This document shows positions 58,375-64,000 of a stretch of 64,000 nucleotides of DNA, piece by piece. The notes below the pieces were generated by a model. The model was not told the DNA's origin, ran no database searches, and worked only from the letters and a program-made list of their open reading frames with translations. This DNA comes from Octopus vulgaris. Lineage: Eukaryota. The DNA lies in NCBI GenBank assembly GCA_951406725.2, contig OX597818.1:45198001-45262000 (forward strand). The letters are read 5' to 3'. Position 1 is the first letter of the stretch. Every line of letters starts with the position of its first letter. The position numbers were made by a program, and so were the translations under genes.

Positions 58375-58850
58375 TTCTAATATAGGCATAGGGCTTGAAA
58401 TTCGAAGGCAAGGAGCCAGTCAATTACCTTCCCCTACCCTTATAATTCAACTGGTCCTTATTTTATCGATCCCGAAAGGATAAAAGATATAGTCGACCGC
58501 AAAGGAATTTGAACTCAGAACGTAAAGATTTAGAAGAAATACCTATTTCTTTACTACCCACAAGGGTCTAAACACAGAGAGGACAAACAAGGACAGACAG
58601 ACGGATTAAGTCGATTACATCGACCCGAGTGTGTAACTGGTACTTATTTAATCGACCCCGAAAGGATGAAAGGCAAAGTCAACCTCGGCGGAATTTGAAC
58701 TCGGAACGTAACGGCAGACGAAATACGGCTACGCATTTCACCCGGTGTGCTAACGTTTCTGCCAGGTCACCGCCTTTTTTTAGAAGAAATATTTAGAAGA
58801 AATACCGCTAAGTATTTCATCCGACGCACAAACGATTCTATCAACCACCG
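58375..58850 (-). mobile_element. Young Nin-domain SINE nested in an older Nin-domain SINE
   Basis: Inner copy 58543-58775; TTTAGAAGAAATA repeated on both sides; the outer head resumes at about 58800. Confidence 0.82.
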
Positions 58851-59196
58851 GTTGTTGGCTATCACCCTTGTTGACTCAAGTTTATGTGGCTCAGTAACCC
58901 AATCTCTGTGGGCATTTCCACGACTGAATCTACGCGTTCAATTTCGAGTATCTGAGCCCCGTCCACGCTTACTTTCTACATAGACCATACTAATCCCAAA
59001 CTTGTGCTCTGGGATGCCGAATATCTTAAATTGTGGAAATCCTGTGCTATTCCTATCCCAAAAATATATATATTCCTCTCTACAATGATCTGGTTGATCG
59101 GAAGCAAATTGGGCAATTTCACATTGAAACATTCTAGAAATCCTTCTGACGCTTTTCAAAGCATCGAAATTACCTGAGTAGGTTTGCGATGCTTCT

Positions 59197-59255
<59 letters not shown>

Positions 59256-59857
59256 CGGTTGTTCTCTTACAATTCCAGCATGCGTCCAAGATACAATACC
59301 AATCACCAACTAACAGTAATAATCACCACGTTCCTTAGAATACTTATATGCACATGAAAATATCCCGTCGCGCCCAGAGAATAAATGACACTTGATCCAA
59401 AGGCTTCGCCTTCGTTATTGTTCACAGATAGAAGCTCCAATTTACCATTTGCTTTCATGAACGTTGAGTAAAGACTGAAAGAGTACGATCGCGAATACAA
59501 GTGGCCGAAGTGAGGCTCCTCCAAAAGGCCACCGATGTAACGTTACTCGAAAAAGTGCATAGCTCGGAGATCAGGGAGTCTCTCTAAGTCTCTACATTGA
59601 GAGGTCACAGCTCTGGTACTACAGACATGTGATTACAATGCCGCAGAAACGGATCTCAAGGAAGGTTCTTCAAGCCGAACCAAGTGGCAAGAGACCCAGG
59701 AGTAGACCAAAAGCGAAATAGTTGAATAATATCCATATTCGCAGTTGGTCACTCATGTAAGTCCAACCGGAAAGTGTAGTGACGGTTACTTTTGACAAAG
59801 AGGAGGTTCTTCAGGTCAATATCCCTACGACCCTTTCAAGAGTAGAGAGTGGAGAAG

Positions 59858-60171
59858 GTGGATGGACGGACGGATAGATGGATGGATGAGTGGATGGATG
59901 GATGGATGGATGGATGGATGGATGGATGGGTGGGTGGATGGATGGATGGATGGATGGGTGGCTGGATGAATGGATGGATGGCTGGATGGATGGATGGATG
60001 GATGAATGGCTGGATGAATGGATGGATGGATGGATGGATGGATGGATGGATGGATGGGTGGATGAATGGATGGATGGATGAATGGATGGATGGATGGATG
60101 GATGGATGGGTGGATGGATGAATGGATGGATGGATGGATGGATGGATGGATGGGTGGATGGATGGATGGAT
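59858..60171. repeat. (TGGA)n microsatellite
   Basis: Seen directly. Confidence 0.97.
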
Positions 60172-60974
60172 GCCAGCTCGCCGTTATACAAAAGATACCT
60201 TGCTTTCAAGCCGGCACCAGGCTAAGCAAGAGTATATGTGAACGTAGTCACTCTGCATCTGGAACAACTGAATAATCCAGTTTTCTGAGTTTTCCAAAAA
60301 AACCTCACATCATTGCGCAAACTCTTTTATCTTTGAAACCTCACTTCCACTTTATGTGAGAATCTGAACGGCAAATATTTGAAGTCTTTTGATATACCCA
60401 TCACCAGAAGTCTCTCAAATACTGTTTTTTTTTTTTAGTGGAATTGGTCGATATTTCATCCACTCTTTGTCTTTTCTGGTTTTTGTTGTTTTTGTTTTAT
60501 ATACACTATCAAGCTAGCTTTTTTCCTTTCGGAGAACGATTAAACAGAGAAGTTTACGGTTAGGCATTGTTGTTGTTAGTTGTAGTTTTGTAGTTATTGT
60601 TGCTCTATTTGTATATTTTTTATTTGTTTTTTATGGGGGTTATTCTTGTGAATATATTTTCCAATTCAGGTTATTGTTATTATTATTGTTGTTGTTGCTG
60701 ATGTCGTTGTTGTTGTTGTTGCTGTTGCTGTTGTTTTATGTTCTGGTGAGAGTCCACACAGAACATATACTATACACCAAACAGGTGAAACACTAAAATA
60801 TCGCCAAGAAAAACAAAAATACATTCCGCAACAACTGTAAAACAGATGTAACGTACCCACCACACATGAAGTCTTATACTTCCCTCCAAAAATACAATAC
60901 TGCACGCATCTCAGGAACGCGAACGCACAGTTGGTAGTACAGCAGAAGCTCGCGAGAAGCTAGTGAAAAGAGGG

Positions 60975-61404
60975 AGCAGTAGTAGTAGTGGTAGTAGTAG
61001 TAGGAGGAGGAGGAGGAGGAGGAGGACGACGGTGACGACAACGACGACGATGACGGAGCGACGGCGGTGACGGCGACGGCGGCGACGGCGGCGATAGCGG
61101 CGGCGAGACGACGATGGCGGCGACGACGACGATGGCGGCGGCGACGATGGCGGCGGCGACGATGGCGGCGGCGACGATGGCGGCGGCAACGATGGCGGCG
61201 GCGACTACAGTAATTATGATGATGGTGTTGGTCGTGGTGGTTGTAGTGACGACGCCGATGATGGTAATGATGGACTACGGCGACGAAGAAGAAGAAGAAG
61301 AAGAAGAAGAAGAAGAAGAAGAAGAAGAAGAAGAAGAAGAAGAAGAAGAAGAAGAAGAAGAAGAAGAAGAAGAAGAAGAAGAAGAAGAAGAAGAAGAAGA
61401 AGAA
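60975..61404. repeat. (GGC/GAC)n low complexity with a 15-bp repeat GGCGGCGGCGACGAT, followed by (GAA)n
   Basis: Seen directly; (GAA)n at 61285-61404. Confidence 0.93.
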
Positions 61405-64000
61405 TATAACAACTGCAATAGTAATGGTTTCTGATTTAGAATAATTTACAAATTGCATAAAAGTAGCAATAAAAGCAAGGTATATTTAAGGCTGCGTGCT
61501 GAAGAAACTTTTTTTGCAACAACGTGGTGCCAAGTTCAATATTACTGCGCTGCTCCTGGGGTAAAAGTCTTCTAGTATTGCCCGAGTCGACCAATACTTT
61601 GTGAGTGAATTTGATAGACGGAAACTGTGTAGAAGCCCGTCGTGTATATGTGTGTACGTATGTGTGTGAGAGAGAGTGTGTGCGTGTGTGTGTGCGTGCA
61701 TGCGTGTATGTGTGTCCCACCACCATTGACAGCCGGTGTTATTTTGTTTACGATCCCATAACTCAGCGATTAAAATTGTTATGCCCAAGTACAATTCAAT
61801 TGAAACATATACAACGCAGAGATATACTTACTTAGTAACCGATCCAATCGTTCACTATATTCAAATTGAACCATTAGACCAGCATTTCCTCTTGATCACC
61901 CTCGGGCATCTGACATGCCCTCCACTTTCTCCGAGCTGACTTTGTAAAGGGCTGTAAAAACGATTTCATTTAAGGACGTAGTAGGTTCCACTTCATGAGA
62001 GACGTGCTTCCCTTCACCGGAGATTTCTCCTTCTCTTTACTAGAGCGAACCCAACTCTCTTACAAAAAAGGGGCATTCCTCCTTAAAATATGGGCGAGGA
62101 AGGGTACATCTGAAGAAGTGTACTACTTCTTGTGTTTCTCCTCCACCTGATCCAATTTTTTTTTTCCATTTGGAATAAGGTCTTTTGTAAGTTTTTCAGC
62201 AAGTCAGACGATCTTCTTCGACTCCATCAGGTCCCCTCCTTATAAAGCAGTGAGACTGGTTCGTAGTCTGCTTTTCGCTGTTGATGTTGCAATAAAAGAC
62301 TTTTTTTTCCATTTCCTCATTCTAATTGCCGTCGGCTATGATTCGGCTAAGGAGTTCATGGTAGACATCTGGACATGGAGATAAGTGTAGGTTCCTCGAA
62401 AAGATATTTTAACAGTTGCTACTCAAAATTTCCATAAAATTCACTGTAATATGAGAATCTTGCCATCCTTGTTCCGTGAACTTCTTGTGTATCTTGTACG
62501 TTTTTCATCAGAAGTCTTTGTCTTGCTCGAGTCTTCGAGAGTGTTTTTATGTTGTTATTGTTGTACGCTGTTGATATATAGTTGTTGTTGTTGTTGCTGC
62601 TGCTGCTACTGCTGCTGCTGCTACTGCTGCTCCTGCTACTTCTGTTACTGCTTTTGTCTGTCGTGCAAATTTACGCCTTTGGATATTAAATTACCATTAT
62701 CTCTACTTAAGGATGTATCTGATGTTTTTGCGACTTTTTATTTCGTTTACCTTTTTTAAATTCTGTTTATCTTGTTCGAATTCACTTTTGTGTGTATTCG
62801 GAGATTAAGGGATTTTTTTTTCTTTTAAAGGGATGTATTCAATGCTTCTCCCTTCCTTGTTTGTAGTGTTTACCGTTCTTTGAGCAAGGAAAGCCGCAGT
62901 GAAAATTATTGTAAACACAACCACAATTATGTGTAAAACAGACCTGCTTATCGGACGTGCTGATAACGTTGTTTGCGTTGCTGCGCTTTCTGTTGTTATT
63001 GTTGATGTATCTGCGGTATGGGCGATGGCGGCAAAGCAGATCTCAGGTTCCCCATGTTTCACCAGTGTGCAGAAATCATTGAAACATTGTGTACTTTTAC
63101 AAGTGCAGCATTTAGGTTTCTTTATCGCTATTCTCACATACACATACGCACCACCAACAAAGAAGATGCTGGGCAAAGATTTTCCCGTAAGTGCAGATGT
63201 TAGTAACATCTGTAATCCAAGGGGTATACCTGACTGCTGTCTGAAGATGTCTACGGGGCCGATAGTTTCCATTCCCCGGATTCCTTATCTGCCATCGCGA
63301 ATGTATACAGGAATTTATGTATACAGCATGTACGTAAGTTTCATTTAATATCAAACGTCCGTTCGCATTATCTTGATTATCTACAATCTGTCTAAGTGGA
63401 AAAGAGGAAGAATTCCGAGCTGCAGATAACAATAATGATTATGGATGATCTAGTAGAGAACTTTTGTTAGATCCCGCTTCATTATAGCTTACGATGCTTT
63501 AACTGCAATAATATTATTGTAATAACAGGCAATAATAAACATTTTTTTAAAAAATCACAATCAGATTGGAAGAATGCTTCAAAGACTCATACGATTGTAA
63601 AATTTAATTACAGATCAACAAAGCTATTAGTGAAAAGTAAGGAAAAAAGTGTGCCGAACATAACATGAAATGATTTCTATATGATTTTTGGCGATATTTC
63701 TTAACATGTGAATTTTGGAAACATTATCCATGAATAACGTCGCGACACTGATTCCGCAAAATTAGGTTAGGTGTGACAATATATTGTGACCAAAACATTG
63801 CACGTGCAGTCGTATTATACTATTTCAGTTTTGTGCAGAGACCTGATTGGTGGTTTTTTTTTTCCATAATTTTCCCGTCATTCTTTGCCCTTCGCATCTG
63901 CATCCGCGAGGTTTCCCAAATCGCTTCTCAAAGACTGTTTAAACATTTGGCATCCTTTTTTTCATTACCAACTTTTAATAAAATTTTCGTTTTTGTGAGG

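Larger units (their letters stand above)
58900..63450 (-). mobile_element. Putative ancient L1/Tx1-type LINE broken by microsatellites and a SINE
   Basis: In minus-strand order: ORF1-like LPSIFFVGG..V.V...KPKCCTCKSTQ(C)FNDFC zinc knuckle (about 63070-63180), weak APE-like RLLVMG (about 60400), weak RT-like relics (59000-59600). Confidence 0.4.

Noticed and set aside
62899-63348. 149-aa plus-strand ORF as a host gene
   Set aside because: No recognisable domain; it is likely the antisense shadow of the minus-strand ORF1-like relic.

Overview
AT-rich, microsatellite-dense eukaryotic DNA made almost entirely of interspersed repeats. The SINE repertoire and simple-repeat load are most consistent with an Octopus (cephalopod) genome; this is an inference. 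Nearly all listed ORFs are translations of simple repeats. Supported content: three tRNA-type SINE families (CORE-like, Nin-domain, tRNA-Arg-like), a full-length decayed mariner, an 8-bp-TSD MITE family carrying telomeric repeats, a hAT MITE, two non-autonomous Helitrons, CR1/RTE/L1-Tx1 LINE relics, a 5S rRNA pseudogene joined to a SINE, and one candidate first exon on the minus strand. The most notable signal is a set of short Penelope-type terminal repeats from several unrelated families, often arranged as inverted pairs or hairpins, that carry minimal type I hammerhead ribozyme motifs. These include non-canonical cores (a G3-C8 swap and A6 substitutions). Also notable are single-headed head-to-tail concatemers of the Nin-domain SINE bounded by one TSD pair.
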